Shown here one piece after another: positions 13,022 through 26,458 of a stretch of DNA of 64,000 nt (position 1 is the first letter of the stretch; each line of letters starts with the position of its first letter). The position numbers and the translations under genes are program-made. Source of the DNA: Octopus sinensis (lineage: Eukaryota); NCBI RefSeq assembly GCF_006345805.1, contig NC_043008.1:28334001-28398000 (forward strand), written 5' to 3'. The notes beneath the pieces were generated by a model, which worked only from the letters and a program-made list of their open reading frames with translations, did no database searches and had not been told where the DNA came from.

Positions 13022-13060
<39 letters not shown>

Positions 13061-13100
13061 TTGTATGAGTCTTTGCGAATGTGTTTGTCCCCAACAAGAT
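12850..13100 (+). mobile_element. Old copy of tRNA-head SINE with internal (GT)n/(AT)n
   Basis: Diverged match to the SINE at 25490-25903 and 46101-46260 (tgtgtgg...cgggttcagttccc...gtggcatctcgg). Confidence 0.55.
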
Positions 13101-14910
13101 ATATTTCGTCAAAGGCAAATTGAAATAGAGCGCGTTTAGCGTACAGTTTTGGTCATGTTATTTCTCTCAAAATTTGTATATATTTGTAGCTAATAAGCCT
13201 GATTCTATCAGCCAAAATCTCCTTGATATATGAGTCCTGTTTACCATTTGTGTTATTTTCGCCAAGGAGTGCGCCGTTTTAGATGTGACAGTGACATGGA
13301 GAATGACCAACAAATCAAAGATATTTGTCCTCGTTATATACATTGAATGCAGAAAGTATGCGGTAACTAAGAAATTTCAAGTTATCTGAGGCGGAGAATA
13401 TAAAATGTGATGCAATATATAAAAGAAAAAATCACATACTGTTAACAATATTGGAATAATTAATGTTTTTGAAATATGCCTTGGCATGTGAATCCGTCCA
13501 TTATCATTATGAGTAGGTTACAGGAATTTCATCAGCCAATTGTAAAGAATAACCAGAAAATAGAAGTTACGAAAACTAGAATGGTATCGTAACATTGCAA
13601 TGCAAATATCCTAAGAGTGAACATTGACATTGTAACCGGTTAAACATGCGTATGTAAAATAAATGTTGATCCCGTCTTTCTGTTATTTATCTATTTATTT
13701 ATTTATTTGTTTGGACGAATAATATTTACAGAATCATTCAAGCATCTGATAAAGTATCTTTCGAGATTCCTACGGACATCTTGGGTTCAGATTTCACACC
13801 ACACCATGTTACATACATGTTTTATGAATCTGAATGCGTCAAATCATATAATTGACTAACAAGGGGATTCTTCCATTACTTATTCAAGGGTATTTAAGAA
13901 CGATTTTAAATCCTACTACTTATGACACATGAATAAATTCTTGTAAAGCCGAACAGCGCAATTTAGAATATGAATGATATTAAAGGAGTTCATTCCGCTT
14001 CAAATATTCAGGTTTGATATCCGGTATAAGAACACATTATCCCTCCTTCATACCAGTCATGGATAACATGTATAGGGTCATGGCTATTCTTTCCTAAGTG
14101 AAAAATACTTCTCGACTACGAAATATTCCGAGACCCACTAAGAACATTATGTCCTTATTGGTATCTAAATGCCTTTGCAACATATGGTACTTGATAATAC
14201 CATAAACACTGTAGTGCTGATGAAAAGTAATTAAAATAAACAGACAAAAGTAGATAGTAATACTGATTATGCAATGTAATTTTAGTTCCGATGAAATATT
14301 TGAGAATATGAATTCCAAACTAGTGGTTAAATGAAGTGGAATCTTAGAAAGGAATATGTTATGGAAATATGCATGCGACATTCCAAACCAAAATAAGACA
14401 ACATATCAAAAGTAATAACAAAAATGGACAATGCTTTGTATGAAAATATAATGTTACTCATAATATAAATAATACATGACAACATAGAAAACTGTTATAT
14501 GGACATAAAGATGTTATCTGGTATATCATACATAAAGATGTATACCTAGAAATCCGTCGTAATATAAGTTATTCAGTACCTGTTTTGCGTGAGATTTTTG
14601 TTATCGCATTGCATTATGTGCCATTCTTGAAAAGAATATCCAAGTGTCTTTCCAAGGAATTTTAACAAGTTTTCTGTATCAAAGTGTTCACAATGTGTGA
14701 AAGTAAAACAAACAGGGAACAAATAATAGAACGATGCAGCACACACAATTATATATAATGTGCGCAGACAGACACGCATATACACAAACACACAGAGATC
14801 ATATTTAACCCCTCTAGTCGAATTTGCATATATACATGTGTGTGTGTCAGTGTGTGTGTGTTTGTGTGTGTGTGTGTTTGTGTGTGTGTGCGTGTGTGTG
14901 TGCGTGTGTG

Positions 14911-14950
<40 letters not shown>

Positions 14951-15043
14951 GATAGATAGATAGATAGATATATCATATATGATATATGTATATATATATA
15001 CATATTAAGTGTATAATTAATTTATGGTATGAAGTTCTATATA

Positions 15044-15258
15044 TTTGTAGATCTTGACCGCGTGTGTACCGTTGGCGATTTTTTCCTCTGTCTTCCCTTC
15101 TCTGGATCTTTACTTCTCCTAAGTTTCCGACGAAGAGCTCCGCTCGAAACGTTGAACCCTCCTTCTTTCCTTCTTCCCTGAGCGTCCAATAATACTATAT
15201 TTGTTCCACGTCCTCGCGTTGCTGTGTTTTTTTGTGCTTTCTTGTTTGAATTAACTAT
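15044..15258 (+). mobile_element. Short non-coding repeat carrying a minimal hammerhead-like motif; 3' end abuts (TA)n
   Basis: Second, diverged copy on the minus strand at 49121-49279 with the same (TA)n junction. Confidence 0.75.
15123..15157 (+). ncRNA. Minimal type I hammerhead variant (U4C, extra A, loop-less stem III), predicted cleavage after U15153
   Basis: gttt-CCGACGA-a-gagc(tcc)gctc-GAAA-CGTT-gaac. Confidence 0.55.
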
Positions 15259-15263
15259 ATATA

Positions 15264-15367
<104 letters not shown>

Positions 15368-15639
15368 GAAAACATTTAAACGACAGCAAGCTGTCAGTAC
15401 TTAATGCATTTAAGGCAGCTAACTCGAGAGGGTGCTAGGAATGGAAAAATGAGGGAGAAGAAAGAAGGAAGAGAAAAATGTTCTTAGCTTGGCGTCTGGG
15501 TCATCGTATGGTAAAATAAAAATGGGCAATGCCGCATGCGAACAAGGTTCGGTCGGAATTAAGGGACGGTCAGAATTTAAGCAAAGGGGGGAGAAGCGAG
15601 TAATTTACTTAACGAAGTTCTAAGAGATGGGGCTAAAAC

Positions 15640-16743
15640 TGTGTTTCTGCACAGTAGAAGTGACGGGAAACTGTTCAATCTCTCGCGCTTGCGTGCCAAG
15701 ACCAAACTCAGAAACGTCCTGATCAAGGAGATGCTATTTGCTGATGATGCCGCTCTGGTATCACACACATAATAAGCCCTCCAAAGGCTCATTAACTGTT
15801 TTGAGCAAGCATGTAACAACTTTGGCTTAGCTATCAGCCTTAAGAAGACCAACATCATGGGTCAGGCTACATTGGACATCCCAAACATACATATTGCAGA
15901 CCACAGATTACAAGAGGTGGAGACGTTTACCTATCTTGGCTCTACCGTCACCTACAACCTATCCCTTGACGCTGAGCTCAATATACGCATTGGCAAGGCA
16001 GCTGCTGCGATGGCCCAACTCTCCAAACGGGCTTGGGACAACAATAAGCTGACCACGACCACGAAAATGAAGATGTACCAGGCATGTGTACTTAGCACTC
16101 TACTGTATGGAAGTGAGACTGGGACGCTATACACACGCCAAGAGCGTCGCCTAAACATCTTTCACCTGCGCTGCCCCCGGAAAATCCTCCGCATCAAATG
16201 GCAGAATCATATCCCTAACAAAGATGTCCTCAGGCAAGCAGGAATACCAAGCATGTTTGCACTCCTCACACAAAGACCTATGAGATGGCTTGGGCATGTT
16301 AGCCGTATGAAAGATGGCAGAATCCACAAGGACATACTCTACGGAGAGCTTGCTAGGGGTACTAGGTCTGTGGGTTGACCGTTCTTACGTTACAAGGATG
16401 TTTGCAAAATGGACATGAAGGCCTGCAACATCAACATTAGCGGTTGGGAGGCAGTTGCCGGCAACCGTGGAGACTGGCGATGTACCGTAACAGAGGGAAT
16501 ATAAAGGAGTGACAGAGAGAGAGAGGAGAAATGGAAAGACAAGAAAAGACGTCAACAAGAAACTATCGCATTACAACCAGCCAGGAACAGTCTTCGCTAT
16601 ATTTGCGGTACCTGCCAGAGGGAGTGTTTGTCCAGGATAGGACTACACAGCCACAGCAGGAAATGTATCAGGACATGAAATGTAAAAGCCGGACTAGACA
16701 ACTTTATGCGCAACTCCATTGTCTCCCGAGACAAAAAGGATGC

Positions 16744-16750
<7 letters not shown>
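15640..16750 (+). mobile_element. 5'-truncated RTE-clade LINE (RT C-terminal part plus 3' end), disrupted
   Basis: EMLFADDAALVSH upstream of ORF 15857-16378 (TFTYLGS, LLYGSET, RWLGHVSRM); ends in (AT)n. Confidence 0.9.
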
Positions 16751-16821
<71 letters not shown>

Positions 16822-17183
16822 CAAATCTGAGCAAATATTTCACGAAAAAATAATTTGCTAACAAATCATTGACTCGATTATTATCTAATAGATAATAGAA
16901 TCAATAATATAGTCGATGGCAACCCCCCTGGGTCTCTGTCAATGTAACACGTGAATCTAAATACTTGAATGTATGTTGGGATATTGTCTTAGCCCCTTTG
17001 CTTTCGGACGTTTGATTTCTGCTGTTACGATCACTGTATGTTGGGCGATTTACATAAGGTATTTGTCTGTTATTTCAAGCAAGTGAACATACCTAGTATG
17101 TTCTTTGATTAATTTCAATCCATCAGGTGTATGTGTGTGTGCATGTGTGCATATGTATATATAAGTGTTATCTTATCCTAAAT

Positions 17184-17237
<54 letters not shown>

Positions 17238-17813
17238 TAAATATACACACACACATATCTATATCTATCTATATATATATATATATATATATTTACATAT
17301 ATGAAGGCATATATATATATATATATATATACATGCATACATATTTGGTTGATATAGAAATTCACACATTATAGGCGGGATACATCTACAGTATCAGGAC
17401 AAATTCAAAGATTATTTCATACGCCAAAATATTAGAATAGGAAACTGATAATGTTGCGATAAAATATGCACAATGGAGGAGACAGTACTTTTCCAGCTTC
17501 AAAATTCTATAACTCAAATGGTAAGCAACAGAAACAATCAGACAACACACCATTATCCACGTGGTCATTTCTAGGTCCTGTGCTGGTTTGATATATTCAT
17601 ATCGATATTGCTTTTCATGACTTGAGAACTCACACGAGGAAACCGCAGGTGAATAAAAGAGTTGTCGAATAGTAGTGACAGCAATGTAAGTGCATTTTTC
17701 TCTGTATTTTTAGTTGGAATTACTATTCTGTGTTCTTGTTGAGCACTTAGACGTAGTCTTCGACGGTCGATGGTTGGGTCGGCCGTATATATGCAATCCC
17801 GTGAATTGATTTA

Positions 17814-17871
<58 letters not shown>

Positions 17872-17902
17872 TATATATATATATAGATATATATATATAT
17901 AT

Positions 17903-17955
17903 AGATAGATAGATAGACAGATATATAGACAGATAGATAGATAGATAGATAGATT

Positions 17956-18022
<67 letters not shown>
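17903..18022. repeat. (GATA)n microsatellite
   Basis: Direct inspection. Confidence 0.9.
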
Positions 18023-18023
<1 letters not shown>

Positions 18024-18528
18024 CACACACAAACACACTCACAAATATAGAACATGAGGGGTATAGTTCACTTCTTGATCTAAACGAAAATGTACGCTGT
18101 GTAAGTGCTATAACTGGTCATCCATTAGTCTCCAAGTTCACAGCTGACCCTGGAGCTAGGTATCTGTTGAGCGTTTCCGAGTTAGCAGGCAAATATTAGA
18201 GGAAGAAGGACAACAAAAAACAAGGCAGGACGAGTATCTTAAGTCATTTAAAATATTTAATTAGAGTAAGGTGAATTTGAGGTAATTAATGAATTAATTA
18301 GTTAATAAATTAAATATTTACTTATTGTACGTCTTACAACTGTTTTGTGATACCCCAGTAATAGGCTAGCATCTCCAAACACTGAGTACACCGTCGTCAG
18401 AGACAAGTTAAGTATGAATGTTCTAGACAGAGAATTCACTGTTTATAAAGGAATAAAACAGTAGATAGAGGAATAAAGATTAAAACAGTAGACAGAAGAA
18501 TAGAGACAAGAGAATAACGTTCACAGAA

Positions 18529-18607
18529 GGTATGGAGATTGCCCGTACTTCCATGAAGGTATAGGTAAAAATTATACCTCATAGAAGCACGGGTCAACCT
18601 CCATACC
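18529..18607. ncRNA. Pre-miRNA-like hairpin (candidate)
   Basis: 35-nt arms pair with about 3 mismatches and 2 single-base bulges around a 9-nt loop; no second copy seen in this window. Confidence 0.35.
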
Positions 18608-19907
18608 CAAATATTTTTGCTGTCTTCGACTGCATTGACTACGTTGGCGCATTCGTACACAAAACCTCGTAAATTTTCATGCTTATGGCTGGTTCTGAAC
18701 ACTATAGATCTGTAGATATAAGCTTCAAAATACAAACAATTATACATAATTAAAACTACAGCGTGAAGACTTGTAAAGAATCATATTTCATTACTGGATA
18801 TATAGAAACTCTCTTCATTTGTTTATTTCTCTATATACTCTGGATCCAATGCAGTTGGAGATTGAAAGCAAAATACCCACGATGATGATAGTAGTAATCT
18901 TCGCAGTTTCTTTGTAGAAATACAGGAGTGCAAATAGGGCTCCAAATATACTCTATATATTCCGATTTAAAACAAATTCAGAATATATAATACTATACGC
19001 ACTAAATGATATTTGTAAATGGGCACGTAAATAGATAGAGGCATAGATATATATATAGACAGATGGCAGATAGCTTTATCAATGAACAGTTAATATGTAT
19101 GAATATGGTTTAGCCCATCTAATATATATGAAAGTTATGCCCTTAATGATATTAATTGATTCCAAGATTGAGTGTATATTTGGAAATGTAGTATGAACAG
19201 AATCCATTGCATTATTTGTTTCCCATTGAAGTTCTCCATATTATTTCTCGATCAAATATTTTCTTAGTTTTAAACATCTTATCTGCCAGATATGTTATCT
19301 GCTCATATTTCAGAATCTTTCGTTTTCAAATATATTTACAGATATAATTAAAATCAACGTGAAAATATTTGCTATTGCAATGATTAATTTGAGTGGTATT
19401 TACAAACCAATTAAGTGACAAAAATGAAATTCTAAATAAACATTTCTGCTATGTTTCATTACTATTTTCTATGTTTATAGTCTGTCTCACGTGTATTTTT
19501 AAAACACGATTCCACATATTTCAATGATGTTAGGCATAAAGTTTCGTTTCTAAATATATTTTGCATGAATCATCATGGTGGTGCTTCCACAAAGTGTAAG
19601 TTGTCTGTAAAATTATATTATATTATGAATAAGCAGTACTTCAATTTCATGCATTTTCATGCATAAACTGATATTTAATTTGAAACATTTCTATGATGAA
19701 TCCGATTGAACAATAAACGCTACAAATAGAATTTTAAGGAAATTGTTTTATCACTGAGTATTTCAGTTGTAGTTAACGATTTGACTGTCTTATGTTGGCA
19801 GAATCATTAGCTCGTACAAAACGGTTAGGTTGTAACCATGTTTAGCGGAATTTCATATTTTCCCTTACGTTCTCAGCTGAAGCTCTAACATTGTCGACTT
19901 AGAAGCT

Positions 19908-19948
<41 letters not shown>

Positions 19949-19952
<4 letters not shown>

Positions 19953-21158
19953 GTAATTCCATGAATAATGCAGTTTTCTTTAATTGCATTAACTAACAGA
20001 CGGGTACGTGATATACTATATGCATCTACTTGCTATAAAAGCAAAAGCAGGTGGTAAGGTTTAAAGAGTGCAGTTCGATTTTAACAGTTTTTATTAAAAT
20101 GTTCATAAAATTGACAAAGGAGCATATTTTACTTCATGAGTTTAATAAAGGCAACAGCGTAACGGAAAGTGCCAGAAATATTAATGCAGTGTATGGGGAT
20201 CAGACAATAAGCATAAACCAGTGTCAGTGGTTGACCCAGACATTCCGAGCTGAAAACAACAGCCTACAAGACGAGCTTCATCATGGAAGATCTGTTGATC
20301 TCGACTAGGGCGTCTTGCAAACACTGGTGGAACAGAATCCCATTGTAAGTGTTAAGGAACAAGTAGATAAACTTGGACTTCGTCTTTCAACCATTCATCT
20401 ACACATACGTACGATCGGAAAAGTCAGGAAATTGCGTCAATGTGTTTAATTACGCGCAGAATGAATGTGTGCCTTTCTTCGCTTTCATATCTAATAAATG
20501 AACCATTTTGGGACCGAATAGTGAGCGCTGACGAGAAATGCGTTCTCTATAAATATGTCAGGCACTGAAGACAATGGGAAAGGAAAGGACAAACACTAGC
20601 ACCCCAGGCTAAAGAAAGACCTCCCCCACGTACGAAGTTAATATTCGTTTCGAGGGATAGGAAAAGTTCAGTCCACTTTCAAATTATAAACCCAAAACAA
20701 ACGACAACAAAGATCTTATACGAGCAGATTTAGCGGCTTAAGTCAGCGCTAGGAGAAAAACAATCATTGGTTTCAAAATGAAAGGTGTTCTATCAGAATA
20801 GTGCTCAGACACATACAGCGAGGATAACATTACAAAGATTGGAGCAGTTAGAATAGGAAACGATGCCCCACCGCCGAATATCGCCCCACCTGATTATCAT
20901 TTATTCCGCAGTCTTCAATATCATTTGGATGGAGAACAGATGAATTCTTTACACGAAGTCAGTAGAATACTGCAGGAGTAATTTCCCTCACGGAGAATTG
21001 AATTTTCTAGGACGCGGCTTGCAAGCTTCCAGATAGGTAGAATAACTTTGTAGAAAATGAAGGAAAGTATATCTTAGATTTAAAAAAGAATTTGCTTATC
21101 TGAATTTTGAAAAGTAAAAGAAGTATAAAAGGTCCGCGTTATTTATTGGATGACACTA
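19949..21158 (+). mobile_element. Near full-length decayed mariner element
   Basis: ORF 20051-20308 EHILLHEFNKGNSVTESARNINAVYGD (mariner N-terminus), later ADEK and PPDYHLFRSLQYHL motifs; imperfect ~28-bp TIRs flanked by TA. Confidence 0.85.
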
Positions 21159-21350
21159 TATATATACAATTGCAGCGTAGAAGGTGTTTATAAGCCATTT
21201 AAGAAACAAATACCGTTAGACTTACTTCAACATTTAAATTTAATTTGCCAAAATATTTTCGTCGCTTTGAGACTCCTTCCACGCTGCAATTGTTTTCATT
21301 CCAGCACACGATCTCAAATCAGGTCACTTGCTATGCAAGTACATATCCGG

Positions 21351-21425
<75 letters not shown>

Positions 21426-21459
21426 GTATATATATACATATATACATGTATACATACAG

Positions 21460-21510
<51 letters not shown>

Positions 21511-22439
21511 TAAATATATATACATACTTATATATACGGAGAGAGAGAGAGAGAAAAAATGGAACAAAAACGCAATAGAGGGCGATAAAACATTTGGAGA
21601 GATAGACAATACAAAGGCGAACAGGAAAAACAACAATGTGGACAGGAGAACATATTTTCTAACGATAAAATATTTCTATACATAGGACACTTCGAAGTGC
21701 TTAGTATATTTGAGCCATAAGGAAATAGGAAAAATAACGACGAGAAACTAAAGGCGGGTTACTAAAATATATAGTTGCAAAATTATTAAGTGCACAAGAT
21801 TATGTGCGAAAATATACATCTATATACATTTTAAAATATATTGAAAATACTTTAAATATATATAGGTATAAATATATAAATATGCTAAGAATAAATTAAG
21901 AACATACAATATATAGACCATATACGAACGTGAAGACATGCACAAGCAATATATCAAATTAACATTTAGTGAACGGAGAGACTTGTTAAAGCTTTGAGCA
22001 TAGCTATTTGTTGTAAACAGGAAATTTCAAAAAGATGAAGAAATTAGAGAAAACCGCCAACAATACCGGTTACTGGAGATATTTTCTTCTTTTGCCAATA
22101 TGTATATATTTAAATCTTTCAAAATTAATTACACTAAAAGTAGTAAAACAATTTGGCTAATTATTCCATACCGGAGATAAACTACATCTAATCTCCCATT
22201 GTTGTTTCGTGAAGCTATTATTAGGAATTTTTTAAGAATTCTAGGTATTACTCTATTATCAACTCACATACATTTAGGATTGGTTTATCCAACACTAACA
22301 ATCTCTTACAAATTACTTTTCACATAATAACAACCTGTTAAATATTAATACTTTTACTTATACTATCATTAATTTAGCTAATAACAACCATCCCTCTAGA
22401 AATATTAATAACAAAAGTTATTGTATCTGAAGTCTATTC

Positions 22440-23230
22440 CAACTGAATCAAGTTTATGGCAAGTAGCTCTAAAATTAAAAATTCTATACACCAGTGTAAA
22501 ATTACTACTTATAAGCAAGTATATTTTTACATTGGAATCACGTCTTTACAGTTATCTCGAAGGATTTCTAATCACTACTCGACATTTAGGGATAGGAAAT
22601 AAATTTGGTACAGGGCTCAGTAAATAAATTTGGGATATAAAGACCACAATAAACATTTGAACGTAGATTGATTGATTCTCTCAATCTCGTTACCTTATGA
22701 AAAATGCAAGGAATTCTGTCTTCTCTGTAATTCTGAAGTATTTTTCATTATATTTTTCTAAAAATCCCCTATTAAGCACGGTTATAAAGCGTGCATACCG
22801 ATGTAAACATTGACGAAAACTCACCTTTAGTTCATATAAGTGATTTCTATCATTATATATAATTTAAATATTTAAATATGTATTTACTTTTTATATTTCA
22901 CATTCACTAAATGTATATTTTCCTAGTATATAAGATTTGATTTAATAAACATGTAGTCATATACTTCTCATTTATTTAGTTTTTCTTTAATTTATCCCTC
23001 CTCTCAAACAAAATTAATAGCTAATATATAATCACTGTACATATCCATCATTTTCTGTTAAAATGACTTATTGACGAGTTTCATTTCTTCACTTCCCTGA
23101 CGAGAAGATTACATTGTTTTACACCATTTTATTCCTTTGGAATAATATCAGTGATATCTTCGAAACATGTGTCGGAAGGAAAAGAATTTGACTAACACCT
23201 GCGTTAATTTCCATTAATTTTTTCATATAT
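22440..23230 (+). mobile_element. Penelope-like element 3' part: decayed GIY-YIG endonuclease plus terminal repeat with hammerhead
   Basis: YFYIGITSLQLSRRISNHYSTFR...CLLCNSE...RCKH translated by eye at about 22520-22810; terminal repeat homologous to 46340-46500 (minus). Confidence 0.7.
23092..23178 (+). ncRNA. Type I hammerhead ribozyme with canonical core and long stem II, predicted cleavage after C23173
   Basis: cttcc-CTGACGA-gaagat...atcttc-GAAA-C(atgt)GTC-ggaag; all core nucleotides intact, 5-bp stem I, palindromic ACATGT in stem III. Confidence 0.85.
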
Positions 23231-23427
23231 TATAGAAAAAAATTGGCGTAAACCCGAAGTTTCTACCTTTAAAAACGAGGAGTTTCAACTTTTTCTGTGA
23301 TTTTTTGCTGCCCTGGTAACTATATATCTATTTTTTCGTGTTAATTGTTAACAAGGGAAAAATACACACTTCTATTTATATATATGTATGTGTCTATGCA
23401 TGTATGTATGTATAAATTAATAAATAA

Positions 23428-23459
<32 letters not shown>

Positions 23460-23829
23460 TATATATAGTGTATGTATGAGTATCCACATGCACATATGTA
23501 TATGTGTGTGTTTGTACATGTACATATACATGTTTGTGTGAGTGTATACGTATGTAGACGTTATCAACGCAGGAGGCTTTATGTCTATATATTGTTAGAA
23601 TATGTTTGCGATTAGTTATCATCTTTCATCGTTTTTATTTTTTTCTACCTATTAGAGTAACTTCCCTTTTATTCAACGGTTTTTCATAGCGTCTGTTGCC
23701 ATCAATAGCCGATGAGAATGCATCGTAGCTCTCCGCTCCCTCATTCGAGACTCCGTGAAGTATAATGACAACTTGCTGATTTAAGAGATGAGGAATATTG
23801 TACATTATTTACTTAAGTTTCAGGATGCA

Positions 23830-24070
23830 TTACTAGCCCGGGCTTAAGTGTGCGGGCTACTAACCCCAAGATTCCTATTTCGATTCCAGGCAGTGACCTG
23901 AATAATGATAATAACAACAACAACATCGAAAAATACCTTATGAATGAGAGCCCAGAATCGAAATTTCCCCAATACACCCGATGAAGGCTGGAGGATATAT
24001 CAGCCGAAACGTTGTGTAAACAACAAACAAGATGAGGACAAATATCCGTCAATTGTAAATAATGTAAATA
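23830..24070 (+). mobile_element. tRNA-head SINE-like element with an internal hammerhead-like motif
   Basis: B-box-like TTTCGATTCC at 23878-23887, (AAT/AAC)n spacer, then motif at 23973-24018. Confidence 0.6.
23973..24018 (+). ncRNA. Minimal type I hammerhead variant (U4C, extra A, loop-less stem III), predicted cleavage after U24013
   Basis: tacac-CCGATGA-a-ggctg(gaggatatat)cagcc-GAAA-CGTT-gtgta. Confidence 0.55.
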
Positions 24071-24269
24071 AGGAACTTACTGATTGTGCTAAAGTATACA
24101 TACATATATACATATATAAACATATACATAGAGAGAGAAAGAGAGAAACAAAGAGAAAGCGAGAGATACATAAATAGGTAGGTAGATAGATAGATCTATA
24201 GATAGATAGACAGACAGAAAGACAGATAGATAGATTGATAGATAAATAGATAGATAGATAAAAATAGTT

Positions 24270-24800
24270 ATGGGTGGTCTATTGGTTTATCCAGGATTTC
24301 GTGTCTCGTGGGATCCCATTAGACCTCTGGGTTGATTATTGAATACATAGATAAACGAGATGGGTAAAGTGAAGTGGAAAATATGCCTTGGCCTGCTATC
24401 CATGCGGGTCCCATGCGCGTAAGCAGCGTCCGAAGATATCCATCCTGGAATTTAAGATGTTCCCCGGGTCGAGTGTGTTCCATATCCTCGTCCATTCAGC
24501 TTCGCACTACTTGCAATGCTTGCTGTTGTTGATGGTGGGGCCCTGCTTTCTAGAATCTTCCACGAGAATATGTGTGGCATAACTTCGTCGATCAGGCGCC
24601 ACACGTAGGTGACCAAACACGTGGCATATCGTCTCTCCAGGATCGTTTATATTGATGGCTATTTGTTTGTCTTCACTGGTGATGCTTTTGCATGTACAGT
24701 GTGTGTGGCCCGACTATAGTCTTGTGTAATGTTGTTTTCTACGTTTCTTATAAATATGAGTATCTTTCCTTATATGTTTTTGCCTTGTCTGAGTAGATTT
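24270..24800 (-). mobile_element. Penelope-like GIY-YIG C-terminal fragment (decayed)
   Basis: Minus-strand translation LVTYVWRL...SWKILESRAP...SKHCK*CEAE...NILNSRMDIFGRC. Confidence 0.6.
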
Positions 24801-25489
24801 GGGACTTGGAACTTTTTTGTAGCCTAGTATAGGTACGGAATTTATTCATGGGGACTGTCGGATATTAAGTAGGTAGAGATGGATGCATTTTAGTTTGATT
24901 CAGTAATTGTTAAATTTGTGTGTCGAAAACATGATTCAGAAACTTATTTAACATACTACATGACTAAGAAAATCCGAAGACTGGCTCATCTAAGAAATAT
25001 ATGTGCATATGTGTGAATATGTGTGTTAATATGAGTGTGTGTGTGTGTCTGTGTGTATGACTGTGTCCGTACACTAATATTTTCCCGTATCGGCCATCTC
25101 AGATATGCTAACATGAATTTAATTTACGTATTTCCTAAAATCTTGAATTATTTCTCCTTTAAAGATTACAAGTATTAAGTTTTCCAAAGAAAATTCTCCG
25201 TGTTTATTGTATGTTCCTTAATTTTGCAATCGTATTACGACAATTTTATGTGATATTTTACCAAATACAGTATAATTTTTCCCCCAATGTATGTTTAATA
25301 GCGTTGCTATTACATTTGCTTCTCTGATCCTTTCAGAGTAATTTGTATAGTTTAAATTAATTCTATATTGACGTTCTCTTTACAACGTTCCCATATTAGG
25401 CACACTTCCATATTTTCAACTAAATCTGTATCAGATTGAAAACTACACACCCTATATATCCTAAATCATTTTCAGTCATTTAATTGTAT

Positions 25490-25903
25490 TACTCTTTACT
25501 CTTTTACTCTTTTACTTGTTTCGGTCAGTTGACTGCGGCCATGCTGGAGCACCGCCTTTAGTCGAGCAACTCGACCCCGGGACTTATTCTTTGTAAGCCC
25601 AGTACTTACTCTATAGGTCTCTTTTGCCGAACCGCTAAGTGACAGGGACATAAACACACCAGCATCGGTTGTCAAGCAATGCGAGTGACAAACACAGACA
25701 CAAAAAACATACACGCACACATATATATATATATATACATATATACGACGGGCTTCTTTCAGTTTCTGTCTACCAAATCCACTCACAAGGCTTTGGTCGG
25801 CCCGAGGCTATAGTAGAAGACAGTTGCCCAAGATGCCACGAAGTGGGACTGAACCCGGAACCATGTGGTTGGTAGGCAAGCTACTTACCACACAGCCACC
25901 GCT
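25490..25903 (-). mobile_element. Full-length tRNA-head SINE with internal microsatellite and short-repeat tail
   Basis: Minus strand starts gtggctgtgtggtaagtagc...gggttcagtccc (A/B-box-like) and ends ggcggtgctccagcatggccgcagtcaactgaccgaaacaagt(aaaagagt)n. Confidence 0.85.
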
Positions 25904-26191
25904 ATAATAAATTATAAATGTCGAATTTTTTTTTAAATATGACATGAAAAATATAATATTTTCAAATTGAACCACTTTACAGAATTATATGCTTCACATT
26001 TTCTTGAATCTTAGTGTCGCTGGCATATATTCGTTCACTTCATATTTTCGTTCCTTTATTCTTTCAAAGATAAAAATTATTTCATTCTATCTACTTAGGG
26101 CAAAAAAATATATAGAAACTAGAGTATGGACAAACTATATATATATAAAACTACTTCAGACGCTCAGATGTTTGTGAAAACCGTTGAGATG

Positions 26192-26458
26192 AAATGTGCA
26201 TTCCTAGTTGAACACTTGCATATATATGTATATATTCGTGAGTGGAAGTGTTTGCGTCTTTAAACATGAAATACTTTCTTAAAAAATATGCATTCCTAGT
26301 TGAACACTTGCATACATATGTATATATTCGTGAGTGGAAGTGTTTGCGTCTTTAAACATGAAATACTTTCTTAATAAATGTGCATTCCTAGTTGAACACT
26401 TGCATACATATGTATATATTCGTTAGTGGAAGTGTTTGCGTCTTTAAACATGAAATAC
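26192..26458. repeat. 92-bp minisatellite, ~2.9 copies
   Basis: tgcattcctagttgaacacttgca at 26197, 26289 and 26381. Confidence 0.95.

Noticed and set aside
14580-14673. 94-nt minus-strand segment with acceptor (tacag), weak donor (gtactg) and one open frame (NLLKFLGKTLGYSFQEW...)
   Set aside because: No recognisable homology and no partner exons found; could be chance
17743-17769. Minus-strand CCGTCGA-a-gac(tac)gtc, similar to the minimal hammerhead families
   Set aside because: GAAA box replaced by TAAG and no stem I or III; too decayed to call
18436-18747. 103-aa minus-strand ORF
   Set aside because: No recognisable domain or splice context; overlaps the hairpin at 18529
23709-23757. CCGATGA-gaatg...cattc-GAGA hammerhead-like motif
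   Set aside because: GAAA mutated, no stem I, invalid triplet; at most a fossil
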